From positions 2,790,001-2,822,000 of the forward strand of contig OW818675.1 of NCBI GenBank assembly GCA_942493095.1: DNA of 32,000 bases. The letters are read 5' to 3'. Origin of the DNA: Candidatus Electronema halotolerans (GTDB lineage: Bacteria; Desulfobacterota; Desulfobulbia; Desulfobulbales; Desulfobulbaceae). Under the pieces are notes generated by a model. The model worked only from the letters and a program-made list of their open reading frames with translations. It was not told the origin of the DNA and ran no database searches. Position numbers and translations under genes: made by a program. Below, piece after piece: positions 1 to 8,841 of this stretch. Each line of letters starts with the position of its first letter. Position 1 is the stretch's first letter.

Positions 1-1371
1 CATATCCAACGGCGAACAGGCAGGACGACGGAATTCATTCTTCATGAGGATGTCAGCATAGCTTTTAGATTGTTGACTGCGGTAGAGCTTGCCATACATC
101 TTATAAGCCAGAACCTCAAGCACGACTGCATTGGTGGTGCAGGTCGCCGTGCGTTCATAGCCGCCGTCTTTTTCCCGCCGTCCCTCAAACCAGCCCTTCT
201 CAGGGTCATGCAGCGGACTGACAAGCTGCATCAGCCCATCTGTATAGGATGTTTTCCATAAAGCCCACATCCCAAAGGCTGCGGAATTGGCCACCAAGGC
301 CAGATCAGGATGCAGCTCGCCTTCCGGGGTCAGCGTGTTCCACGCATAGCCGTCAGCAAAAATCGAGTTGTAGAGAAGATAAGGCGGCTTGCTGCGCCGG
401 TAATTTGTCCGGGCCGTGAAAATTCGCTCGTACTGGTAGCGTTTTTCCTGCACTTTGTAGATGCGCCAAGCCAAATCTGCCAAGGCGGCATTGCTGCTGT
501 AGGAATCAGGACTGAATTGGTCGTTCAAGGTGTCCCAGTTGAATTCCAAACCCAGCAAAAGATAAGGCAGGCTGACCAAGGGATCAGAGATGCCGGTCTT
601 GCGGCTGTCTTCTTTGCTGGCAGGCAGGTCTATATCATAAATGCTGACGACCGGAGGCTCTTTCCGGTGTGACATAGGAAAGCCCCACGTTTTGTAGCCC
701 ATGAGCGCATAGTCATAATAACCAAGCGGCTCTTTTGGGGATGCTGGCAGCGGATTTTTGCTGCTGTTGCGGTTTATTCCTGACAGTTCACCGCATTCAT
801 TGATCACTTTGCAGAAATTCCAGCGCAAGATGGCCTTGTCAATATATTCACTGTACTGCGGGGCATAATCGCTGAGAATTTGCAGCCAGATCAGCAGACG
901 GCCAATATCGACTGCCGACCAGCCATCATTGCTTTCCTGCTCTCCGTTCTTGGCATTATAAAACAGATTGGGCAGCTGGCCATAAGACAAGGGCATGTTG
1001 TTGAGGAATTCCAGCAACGGCGTGATGCGGTGATCAAATTCGTAGTTGTCAATCAGGCCGAGACGATGCGCCGACACAGTTGCCGCCACAGTATCAGCGA
1101 TATTCCATACATTGGCAGTGACGAAGCTGTCAACTCCATTCACCAGCCCTGTTTCAGCGTTATAATTATTGATAAAATACTGCCATGCAATTTTTGCCCA
1201 TTCCATCTCCTGCTCGGTCAGCTTGCCGTGCCGACCCTGCCAGAACATTTCTGAATCTGCCACCTCAGTCAGTCCTTTCTTTGTTTCACGCACGACAAGA
1301 CCGCAGCTTTGCAGAAAGAACAAAGCGGTGACTGCAATCAAGCTGAAGGAGAGAAAACGGGAGGACAGCAT
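1..1371 (-). CDS. DUF3131-like periplasmic glycan-processing protein, paralogue A (probable lipoprotein; 3' end runs off the window)
   Basis: Absent from the ORF track because it leaves the window. I checked the frame by hand (codons 1-3 through 1369-1371) and found no stop in 457 codons. The ATG at 1369-1371 overlaps the TGA of the upstream gene (TGATG). The N-terminus MLSSRFLSFSLIAVTALFFLQSC looks like a signal peptide with a lipobox. It shares EWAKIAWQYF, SAVDIGRLLIW, RIYKVQE and PPY..YN blocks with the ORFs at 1371-2810 and 3734-5062. Confidence 0.8.
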   Translation of the reverse strand, partial: MLSSRFLSFSLIAVTALFFLQSCGLVVRETKKGLTEVADSEMFWQGRHGKLTEQEMEWAKIAWQYFINNYNAETGLVNGVDSFVTANVWNIADTVAATVSAHRLGLIDNYEFDHRITPLLEFLNNMPLSYGQLPNLFYNAKNGEQESNDGWSAVDIGRLLIWLQILSDYAPQYSEYIDKAILRWNFCKVINECGELSGINRNSSKNPLPASPKEPLGYYDYALMGYKTWGFPMSHRKEPPVVSIYDIDLPASKEDSRKTGISDPLVSLPYLLLGLEFNWDTLNDQFSPDSYSSNAALADLAWRIYKVQEKRYQYERIFTARTNYRRSKPPYLLYNSIFADGYAWNTLTPEGELHPDLALVANSAAFGMWALWKTSYTDGLMQLVSPLHDPEKGWFEGRREKDGGYERTATCTTNAVVLEVLAYKMYGKLYRSQQSKSYADILMKNEFRRPACSPLDM

Positions 1372-2810
1372 CACGTATGCTCACGCAGGCATTGAGCGCG
1401 ATCGCGGGCCTCCGGCGGGCACTCGTCCATGGTTTTGTCCCAGCGGGACGGCTGCGGCGACTGATTGAAGCGCAGTATTTTGCCCTGCGCTTTATAGAGC
1501 AGGCATTCTAAAATGATGCCATTATTGTTGGCAGTGAAGATATTGATGTTGCCCGATCCATTTTCATACAGCCCCTCATAAAAACCTTTTTCAGGATCAT
1601 ACAGATGGCCGACCGCATCAAGCAGCGTCTGCGAGTAGGGCATGTCCCAGACAGCCCAAATGCCGAATGCACCCTTCAGTGCCACGGCAGCGAACTGCGG
1701 CATGAGCTTTCCATCAGGGTCCATAGTGTTCCAAGGGTACCCATCGCTATAAATGGTGTCATAGACAAAGTACGGGGGCTGATCAAGCTGATGCTCGGTG
1801 CGGGCGGTGAGAATGCCGGTGTCCTTGTAACGTGCCTCCTGCACAGCAAAAATCCGCTTGGCAAAGTTTGCCAAGACCTGATCGGTGTGAACTTCTTGAG
1901 AGCTGCTGCGGTCAGATGACAAATCCCAACCCAGTTCAATGGCATCAAGCACATAACTTTCTGTGACGACATAATTATGAGCCACCAAGGTGCGCGGGTC
2001 GCGACTGTCGTAAGGAACTTCTATGTCATAAATGGGAATGGTCTGATACGGCTCCAGTTTTGAAGCCCGTTCCGTGTCAAATCCCCAAAGCTGGAAGCCC
2101 TTGGCTGCATATTCTTCATAACCGAGACGGCCTTCTTGCAGATAAAGAATTTTTCCATCTTTGAGCATGGCAGAGAACATAGTGCCAGTGTCATCAATCA
2201 TATTGGAAAAATTCCATTTCAGGATAAAATTGTCAATTGCAGCGGCATGAATGGGGTACCGTTCCTTGACAATTTTAAACCAGATCAGCATCCGGCCCAT
2301 GTCAACTGCGGAATAGCCAACCTCGCCGGGCTGATTGCTGTAATCAACTTTCGCGCCTGTCTGGGTGTGATAAACTTTGTTGGGAAGTTCGTTGTTGAAG
2401 AATTCAAGGCGGTTGAGCATGCCAATCAGCTTGGTCATGCGCATGTTGAATTCGTGCTTTTCAATCACCCCCAATTCATAGGCTGAAACTAAGCCGCCTA
2501 TGTAGGAGGCGGTATCCCACATAGTGGTTGATGGATATTGGTCAACCGCATTGCACATGCCGTTGTCCTGGGTATTCTTCTCAAAGAATTTCCAAGCAAT
2601 CTTTGCCAATTCAAATTCTTCTTCAGTCAGCGGCGCAGGAGTCCGCTCACGGATGCCTGCCAGCTTGGAAGAGACGGACGCGCTTTTGCCGCTGTTTTTT
2701 CCGCCTTCGTCAGAAAGTTTCACAGGCGCAAAGGGACTGTTATTGCCGGTGCAGGCGGAAAAAAACAGGAACACGCTGCAAGACAGGAGCAGAAAATTTT
2801 TTCGGCGCAT
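1371..2810 (-). CDS. DUF3131-like periplasmic protein, paralogue B (probable lipoprotein)
   Basis: This is the 494-aa ORF. I prefer the internal ATG at 2808-2810, which gives MRRKNFLLLSCSVFLFFSAC (signal peptide plus lipobox-like Cys); the track start is 2855. It is a paralogue of the genes at 1-1371 and 3734-5062. The family name rests on remembered motifs (AKIAW.FF, PNK.Y...G, SAVD.GR.LIW), not on a search. Confidence 0.75.
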   Translation of the reverse strand: MRRKNFLLLSCSVFLFFSACTGNNSPFAPVKLSDEGGKNSGKSASVSSKLAGIRERTPAPLTEEEFELAKIAWKFFEKNTQDNGMCNAVDQYPSTTMWDTASYIGGLVSAYELGVIEKHEFNMRMTKLIGMLNRLEFFNNELPNKVYHTQTGAKVDYSNQPGEVGYSAVDMGRMLIWFKIVKERYPIHAAAIDNFILKWNFSNMIDDTGTMFSAMLKDGKILYLQEGRLGYEEYAAKGFQLWGFDTERASKLEPYQTIPIYDIEVPYDSRDPRTLVAHNYVVTESYVLDAIELGWDLSSDRSSSQEVHTDQVLANFAKRIFAVQEARYKDTGILTARTEHQLDQPPYFVYDTIYSDGYPWNTMDPDGKLMPQFAAVALKGAFGIWAVWDMPYSQTLLDAVGHLYDPEKGFYEGLYENGSGNINIFTANNNGIILECLLYKAQGKILRFNQSPQPSRWDKTMDECPPEARDRAQCLREHT

Positions 2811-2884
2811 GACAATTGAATGACAGAGGGAAAGATAATTCGCCCGGCAGCGCAAAAAATGGGCGAGATACGAAGTGAAAGAAA

Positions 2885-3682
2885 CTATTCCTTATTTTCA
2901 CTGTCCTTGGTTTGATTTTCAGATGCGGAGACCGGAAACAGTGCGCCGTTCTTCTTGGCATACTCAATCAGCTTGATGTCCATTTCAGATTCTCTGACAT
3001 AGGAATCCTGCAAATTCGCATCTTCCAAATCTGCTTTGAGAAAGTTCACTCCGCCGAACTTGGCCTTGCTTAAATTGGCTTTTTTCAGCACCGCCTTGTT
3101 CAGGTTGACGGCCTGCAAGCGTGCTCCCTCCAGATTGCATGACTGCATCTTTGCCTCGACGAAATTTGACTGTTCAACAGATGCTTCCCGCAGATCAGCC
3201 TGCAAAAACATTGCTCGTAAAAAATTTACGGCTGAGGCATGAAGACCGAACAAGTTTGCGCCTGAGAAATCTGTGGAGGAAAAGTCTGACTGAGAAAAAG
3301 ATGCCTTTTTCGCCGAAGCGTTCTGAAAGTCAGCATCCTGCAAATGCGATTGAAAGATATGACTGTTGTTCAGATTGGCATCCTTGAAATTAGCATCTTT
3401 GCAATTCGCTTGAATAATTGAAACATACTCCAAGTTGGCTGACTGCAGATCAGCATCTTGCAGGCTTGACTGAAAGATATAGGCATCTTTCAGGTTTGCT
3501 CCGGTCAAGTCGGCATCCTGCAAATCAAGTCGTTCCAAGTTTGCGCCAGAAAGATCGCATTTTCTGCATTGCTTGCTTGCCAGCAGTTTGTCAAGATCGG
3601 CCTGATTGAAGGCTTGTGCTGAAAAGGAAAAAAGAGATTCAGCTGCAAGCAGCAAACTGATTGATAATATTGTTTTTTTCAT
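2885..3682 (-). CDS. Secreted pentapeptide-repeat protein
   Basis: The ORF has a signal peptide MKKTILSISLLLAAESLFSFSAQA. About 40 consecutive A(D/N)LxX pentapeptides follow (ANLERLDLQDADLTGANLKDAYIF...). It ends with TAG. The ATG at 3680-3682 is preferred over the TTG at 3691. Confidence 0.85.
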   Translation of the reverse strand: MKKTILSISLLLAAESLFSFSAQAFNQADLDKLLASKQCRKCDLSGANLERLDLQDADLTGANLKDAYIFQSSLQDADLQSANLEYVSIIQANCKDANFKDANLNNSHIFQSHLQDADFQNASAKKASFSQSDFSSTDFSGANLFGLHASAVNFLRAMFLQADLREASVEQSNFVEAKMQSCNLEGARLQAVNLNKAVLKKANLSKAKFGGVNFLKADLEDANLQDSYVRESEMDIKLIEYAKKNGALFPVSASENQTKDSENKE

Positions 3683-3733
3683 AATGATCAATGAGTTGAT
3701 TTAATACGAAACAATGAATTGAAGCAGAGCCGC

Positions 3734-5062
3734 TTACTTGACTCCGCTGTTTAAGCTGGTCAGTCTGCCAAACTGCATGGCGGCCAGACTTTCCAAGACA
3801 ATTCCGTTGGTGTTGGCGGTCAGCACCTGATTCGGCTTGCCATTTTTTTCGTAAATGCCAGCATACCAGCCGCGTTCCGGGTCATTCAGGTTCTTAACAT
3901 TATCTAAGAGCAGCTTGGTGTAATCTGTGCGGTAGAGCGCATGCCAGCCAAAGGCCGCTTTGGTGCTCAGGGTTTTGAACGGTTCGGCATCTTTGCCGTC
4001 ATCTGTGACAGCCTTCCAGAACTGGCCATTGACAAAGACTGTGTTGTAAACAAAATAAGGGGCCTGATCAATATGATCCTCACTCACAGCTGTGGGAATG
4101 CCGGTGGCCTTGTGCTGCTCCTCCTGCACGCGATACACGCGCCAGGCAAATTCACCCATCACCCGCCCGCCGCCGAATTCAAGTCCGTCAAGAATATACG
4201 GCTCGCTGACCACATAGTTGAGCGCATCAAAGGTTTTGGCGTCACGGCGGTCCGCAGGCACATCAATATGATGCTGCCGATGAAACTCCAAATAGGCTTC
4301 CGCGTTCTCAGCAATGCTGACATCCAAGCCCAGCAGAGCTGCGGCCCGGGCCGCATACTGCTCATAGCCCAGCCGCCCTTCCTGCACCTGCTCAGTCTGG
4401 CCGTTTCTGACCACAGCTCCTATGAGCTGCCCGTTTTTCACCAAGGCGGACCATTGCCAACGCTGGAGAAGTTTCCGCACCTCCACTGCGTGTTCTGGAT
4501 AATTCCAGACAATAATATGGAGCGGCACCAGCAGCCGGGCAAGATCAATGGCTGACCAGCCAATGCCTTCCGGGCTGGGGTTGTTGGCGTAATCCGTCAT
4601 GGCCAGCGTCTGGGTATTGTACGACTTGTTGGGCAGTTGATCAGCAAAGAGCGGCAGGCGGTCAAGACTAAGCAGAGCCTGCGACAGCCGGTCATCAAAG
4701 GTATGATGGGCTATGATCTCCAAGCGGTAGGCACTGATCAAGGCCATCATATATGAGGCAGTATCCCACAATGTGGTGGCTGGATAATCCTGCACCGAAT
4801 TGACCAGACCAGTTTCCTGCTGCCAGTTGTTTTCAAAATATTGCCAAGCAATCTTCGCCCATTCGCGCTCTTCGCTGTTCAGGGGTGCAGGCTGCGGCAC
4901 GGGAATGTCATCATGATAGGCTGATGCGGCAATTTTGCTGACCGTGAAGTCAACATCCCACAATTCCAAAGTGATCACCAGTCCGCTGGCTAAAATTAAG
5001 CCAATAATCATGGCAAGGTAACTGCGGGCCTGAAGCAGCCCCTGTTTGAATGAAATGCTCAT
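3734..5062 (-). CDS. DUF3131-like protein, paralogue C (N-terminal membrane anchor)
   Basis: The track ORF extends to 5191, but the ATG at 5060-5062 forms an ATGA overlap with the stop of the GT2 gene. That start gives MSISFKQGLLQARSYLAMIIGLILASGLVITL, a single TM anchor. The rest is collinear with paralogues A and B (EWAKIAWQYFENN, SAIDLARLLVP, RVYRVQEEQ, APYFVYN). Confidence 0.8.
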   Translation of the reverse strand: MSISFKQGLLQARSYLAMIIGLILASGLVITLELWDVDFTVSKIAASAYHDDIPVPQPAPLNSEEREWAKIAWQYFENNWQQETGLVNSVQDYPATTLWDTASYMMALISAYRLEIIAHHTFDDRLSQALLSLDRLPLFADQLPNKSYNTQTLAMTDYANNPSPEGIGWSAIDLARLLVPLHIIVWNYPEHAVEVRKLLQRWQWSALVKNGQLIGAVVRNGQTEQVQEGRLGYEQYAARAAALLGLDVSIAENAEAYLEFHRQHHIDVPADRRDAKTFDALNYVVSEPYILDGLEFGGGRVMGEFAWRVYRVQEEQHKATGIPTAVSEDHIDQAPYFVYNTVFVNGQFWKAVTDDGKDAEPFKTLSTKAAFGWHALYRTDYTKLLLDNVKNLNDPERGWYAGIYEKNGKPNQVLTANTNGIVLESLAAMQFGRLTSLNSGVK

Positions 5063-6897
5063 ACCTGTGGTTTCCAAAACGCGGCCAGAATCAGCCTGCT
5101 GAGAGCGATGATATTGTATGTGCCCCAGAAGGTGTTGATGATCACACCGCCGCAGGTGTGCGGCCCTGCGCCGCTGAGAAGCATGCTCCACGCATAGATC
5201 ATGCCGGTCAACGTCAGCAAGGATATGGTGAACTGCGGCAAGACCAAATAAAAGAAATTGCCTTCCTGCCGCTCCTTGGGCGTGACCGGGAATTTAATTC
5301 TTTCGCCTTTGATCACGGTCAGCAGAGCACGCAAATTTACCGAAAAGAAAGCAAGGTACAATGCTTTGCCCGGAAAGCCGTTCAAACCCCAAGTGCCTGT
5401 CATAAAGGCTAATTCTGTAAGCAGCAGAAAGGGCAGGATGTGTTTGAAAAAGTCCGGGGTGTAGGCGGAGACCGGTGAAATGCCGCTGAACAGATAGACG
5501 ATCGGGCCAAGCAGGAAAATCAGGTTCCATATTCCGCCGAGATAGGACCAGAGCGTGGCCCCGTACATCAGCCGCTGGCGCAAGGAAAGGCCGCGCCGGA
5601 AGAGCATCCGGTCCCGCAGCATGATGTCCAAGGTGCCGCCCGCATATTTGAACCGCTGCACCATCCAGCTTTGCAGGTCCTGCGGCGAGAGCATCTTGCT
5701 TTCCACTTCAGGATGCTGCACAGACTTCCAGTGTCGATCCGCATCGCTATGGAGAATGATCGAGGTGTAAATATCTTCAGACACGTGAAATTTATACGGA
5801 GTGAGCGGGATAATTCTTGCTGTATCCAGTCGCTGCGCATATTTCTCCGCAGTTTCTGGATTCAGGTTCTGCTTTACAAAGAACCGCTTAATTTTTTGGT
5901 TCAGTCTCTGCTCCAGCTTGTGCGTATTGTTGACAGTGTCCGAATAGTTTTTCAGTGCCGCCTCCATGACCGCATCCCGGCGATGGATGGAGCCTGCGCC
6001 GCAGCAGAACGCCGCGTTGACCCAGTTGCGCCGCCTCAGAATCACATCATAGAACATCTTGGGATCATTGGTCAAGGGATCATGGCCAATCTGCACCGGC
6101 CCGACCAAGCGTTCAATGCCCCGCGCCAGCCAGCGGCCCAAAGTGCTTTGCCAGACCGAAGACAATGGGCGGCCTTCCGGCAGGTCGTAAAACCATTGCG
6201 GAGTCTGCACCCACGCCACATCAGGATCACGAAAATAACCGAGCGTGTGCTCCAGCAAAGTGGGAAAAGGCCGGGTGTCCGCATCGCAGATGACTATAAG
6301 ATCACCGCTGGTCTGTTCCATTGCATGAGCAAGATTGCCAGCTTTGAAGCCAATGCTGCTGTCGCGGACAATATACTCAACCCCTTCCTCCTCAGCCACC
6401 TGCCGCATGGCTGGCCGACGGCCATCGTCCAGCACATGAATTTTCATTGTCAGCGGAAACGGATAGCTCATCAGCTTGGCATCTTGGATGCTCAGACGGA
6501 CCAGTTCCACATCCTCATTGACCGTGGGAAAGAATATATCCACCTTCAGAGGACGGTCTGGATAATGATCTGGCTGGGCCACACATTCCTTGATGGAATG
6601 TGGCGGTCTGCGACGGGGCGTGTCCTGCACCTTCCAGAGATTGATGGTGAACAGTGCCAGACCGATATAGGCGCAGGTTTCCGCTGCGGCCAATGGGATG
6701 GAAAACCACCACAGCGAGAACCATGTGCCGCTGCTGGCATAATCAATGGAGTAGCACCAGCGCCAGCTAATATACCACGCGCCGACCGCAAGATTCAGGC
6801 TGGCCAGCAGCTGCCAGAGAAATTCGGCAACCGGCTGGACCGGCAGCGGCGGCGGCGGCTGGCGGCTTTCAAATCTGCTGAAATAAAACTCAGGCAT
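5059..6897 (-). CDS. Processive family-2 glycosyltransferase (cellulose/curdlan-synthase-like beta-glycan synthase), no PilZ domain
   Basis: The 612-aa ORF has TM helices on both sides of a GT-A domain. VLDDG (aa 155-159), ICDADT (203-208), HVSEDIYTS (371-379) and QRFKY (414-418) sit where the D, DxD, TED and QxxRW motifs of BcsA-type synthases sit. It lies 9 nt downstream of the acyltransferase stop. Confidence 0.85.
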   Translation of the reverse strand: MPEFYFSRFESRQPPPPLPVQPVAEFLWQLLASLNLAVGAWYISWRWCYSIDYASSGTWFSLWWFSIPLAAAETCAYIGLALFTINLWKVQDTPRRRPPHSIKECVAQPDHYPDRPLKVDIFFPTVNEDVELVRLSIQDAKLMSYPFPLTMKIHVLDDGRRPAMRQVAEEEGVEYIVRDSSIGFKAGNLAHAMEQTSGDLIVICDADTRPFPTLLEHTLGYFRDPDVAWVQTPQWFYDLPEGRPLSSVWQSTLGRWLARGIERLVGPVQIGHDPLTNDPKMFYDVILRRRNWVNAAFCCGAGSIHRRDAVMEAALKNYSDTVNNTHKLEQRLNQKIKRFFVKQNLNPETAEKYAQRLDTARIIPLTPYKFHVSEDIYTSIILHSDADRHWKSVQHPEVESKMLSPQDLQSWMVQRFKYAGGTLDIMLRDRMLFRRGLSLRQRLMYGATLWSYLGGIWNLIFLLGPIVYLFSGISPVSAYTPDFFKHILPFLLLTELAFMTGTWGLNGFPGKALYLAFFSVNLRALLTVIKGERIKFPVTPKERQEGNFFYLVLPQFTISLLTLTGMIYAWSMLLSGAGPHTCGGVIINTFWGTYNIIALSRLILAAFWKPQV

Positions 6898-6906
6898 CTT
6901 CAGGAT

Positions 6907-7941
6907 TCAGCATATCTGGCGGAGATAGGAATTTTTTCTCATCACAGCAATGCCGCAATAAGAAAGAGCAAATGTTGCCAAAGAAATGGCCGGGATATGC
7001 GCATAGCCGGGCAGGTTGAATCTGTAAAACACAGATGAGAGTAAATCCAGCACCATTGGGTGGAGCAGATAAATGCCAAAAGAATTTGCAGAGACTGCGG
7101 CAATCAAGGCAATGCCTTTTGCAGGCGCAGATTTTTTGAAAAAAAGAAAAACTGCCATAGACAAAACAAAAGAAATGATTCCTTTGTCGTTCAAAACAAG
7201 ATAGTCTTTGACGATCTGATATTTTTCAATAAGGAAAAAATTTGTGCCTGCGCCGAGCAGGACTGTCAGAACAATCAGCAGGGCAAGGAGGATTCTTTTG
7301 ACAGACAAGGACTCTCCATATTTATCAAAATAATATCCGGCAATGAAGTAGATGATATACCACTGAAAGAGCAAATGCCAGTACATGAAGATGCCGCTTG
7401 TTTCTCTGGCCAGATCAGCAATGGTGTTCAAAAGAAAAAACAAGGCTGCTGCACTGAGAAAAACAGCGAGATCAGTCTGCGACGGTTTTTCGCCGAGCAC
7501 GAAACTGTTGATGAAGGGCACAAAGAGCATCAGGCAGGCAAACATGGACAAATACCAGAGATGCACATACGCGCTTCCTTCTGACCAGAAATCGACAGTC
7601 AGGAAACGGACCAGTTCTTCCTGTCCCATGCCTTTATATATCCTGAACAACAGATAAAAAATGGACCAGAAAAGAATCGGCGGCACTAACCTGACTGCCC
7701 GTTTGCGGTAAAAATCACCTACAGTCATCTGTCTGCCCAGTAGCACCGCTCCTGATATCATGACAAAGACCGGCACGGCGAAACGCGAGCCCGCATTGAG
7801 CAGATTGGCTGTCCACCAGCTTATCGGATCAATTTCGCTGATTCTGCCATACCATGCTGCGGTTGAATGAATAAAGATGACCGCAACAGTTGCCGCAGCC
7901 CGCAGATAATCAATATATATTTTTCTTGTTTTGCCGCTCAT
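6907..7941 (-). CDS. Membrane acyltransferase family 3 (OpgC/OafA-like glycan O-acyltransferase)
   Basis: A polytopic ~10-TM protein with the typical N-terminal IDYLRAAATVAVIFIHS block of Acyltransferase_3 proteins. The ATG at 7939-7941, 11 nt after the upstream stop, is preferred to the TTG at 7965. Confidence 0.75.
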   Translation of the reverse strand: MSGKTRKIYIDYLRAAATVAVIFIHSTAAWYGRISEIDPISWWTANLLNAGSRFAVPVFVMISGAVLLGRQMTVGDFYRKRAVRLVPPILFWSIFYLLFRIYKGMGQEELVRFLTVDFWSEGSAYVHLWYLSMFACLMLFVPFINSFVLGEKPSQTDLAVFLSAAALFFLLNTIADLARETSGIFMYWHLLFQWYIIYFIAGYYFDKYGESLSVKRILLALLIVLTVLLGAGTNFFLIEKYQIVKDYLVLNDKGIISFVLSMAVFLFFKKSAPAKGIALIAAVSANSFGIYLLHPMVLDLLSSVFYRFNLPGYAHIPAISLATFALSYCGIAVMRKNSYLRQIC

Positions 7942-7952
7942 TTTTTTTGCTG

Positions 7953-8807
7953 TCACCAGTGCCAAGTGATGCCGATGCCGCCTTCGGCAAAGCCGCCGTC
8001 ATAGGGCATGTCGTCATGCCACGGAAAACGGTTTCCCCGATAATTTTTATACGCTATCGTGAACGATTCATTGCGATAGCCTAACTCAAAGGTGTAGTCA
8101 GGACTCCAAGGTTGCTGCTGACTGCTGTCCAGATAATAAAACAGATTGAAGCTGAGATACCAGCCCTCATAGATCGGCGCGTCAAAACTGAGGCTCAGGC
8201 GGGTCTGATCTCGCTGGAGCTGTCCGTCTTGATCAACATACTTGGGTGCATGCAAAATGCTTGCCTTGCAGCCAATCGTTTTGTCTGTTTCTATCAGAAA
8301 AGGTCGCGCCAATTCACCGGACAAAGGCAGATTCCATGTCAGGGTGTAAGTTCCCTGATCATATTTTTCCACAATGTCGCTGCTGGAGCGGTTGCCTGAG
8401 TAATTGCTGTACACCAAGCTCAAGGCATAAGGCCGCCAGTCTTCACAGCCGAAGCGATAGACAAAATCAGGGTCCCACGGCTTGCGTTCGCTTCTCTCCA
8501 AGTAATGAAAAAAATTAGCTTCCGCAAACCAGAAACCCAATGGCGTGAATTTAACGGTCGCATTGGCAATCGGCGTGTAGCTGCTTTTATCGTTTTTGGC
8601 GGCGGTCAGTCCGGCATCAATTTTCCACGGATTGGCAAGCTGCTCCAGCAGGCCTTTGTCCTGAACATCCTCCAGCCATTCGCCGACCGGGAGGGTAAAT
8701 GATTCTTCCAAACCCTTCCAGACATCATCCCATGTTTCTTCCGCCTCCACGTTTCCGGCCAGCAGCAAAAGACATGCTGCACTGACAAAAATTGTGGAAT
8801 GGGTCAC
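7953..8807 (-). CDS. Secreted hypothetical protein, probable small outer-membrane beta-barrel with an internal duplication
   Basis: GTG start. The signal peptide is MTHSTIFVSAACLLLLAGNVEA. Alternating aromatic/polar strands are present, and the C-terminal ...GIGITWHW ends in an aromatic residue like an OMP beta-signal. Two homologous ~50-aa modules each end in Y-x-N-Y-x-G-N-R. I recognise no family. Confidence 0.6.
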   Translation of the reverse strand: MTHSTIFVSAACLLLLAGNVEAEETWDDVWKGLEESFTLPVGEWLEDVQDKGLLEQLANPWKIDAGLTAAKNDKSSYTPIANATVKFTPLGFWFAEANFFHYLERSERKPWDPDFVYRFGCEDWRPYALSLVYSNYSGNRSSSDIVEKYDQGTYTLTWNLPLSGELARPFLIETDKTIGCKASILHAPKYVDQDGQLQRDQTRLSLSFDAPIYEGWYLSFNLFYYLDSSQQQPWSPDYTFELGYRNESFTIAYKNYRGNRFPWHDDMPYDGGFAEGGIGITWHW

Positions 8808-8841
8808 GTCCTGAAACTCCTGCTGAATGAACTTTAAAAAG

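Noticed and set aside
3734-5191. Longer N-terminal extensions offered by the ORF track. These are 5191 for DUF3131-C, 2855 for DUF3131-B, 25948 for ppk2, 26029 for argJ, 27885 for the roadblock gene and 28731 for the MORN gene.
   Set aside because: The extensions overlap the upstream genes or promoter regions and encode non-conserved Arg/His-rich peptides. Internal ATGs give proper signal peptides, SD sequences or ATGA coupling.
5671-7038. 455-aa plus-strand ORF, together with the other plus-strand ORFs between 5050 and 7584.
   Set aside because: It is antisense to the GT2 and acyltransferase genes, which have clear family motifs. Its translation is Arg/His/Gln-rich, low-complexity-looking, and carries no motifs.
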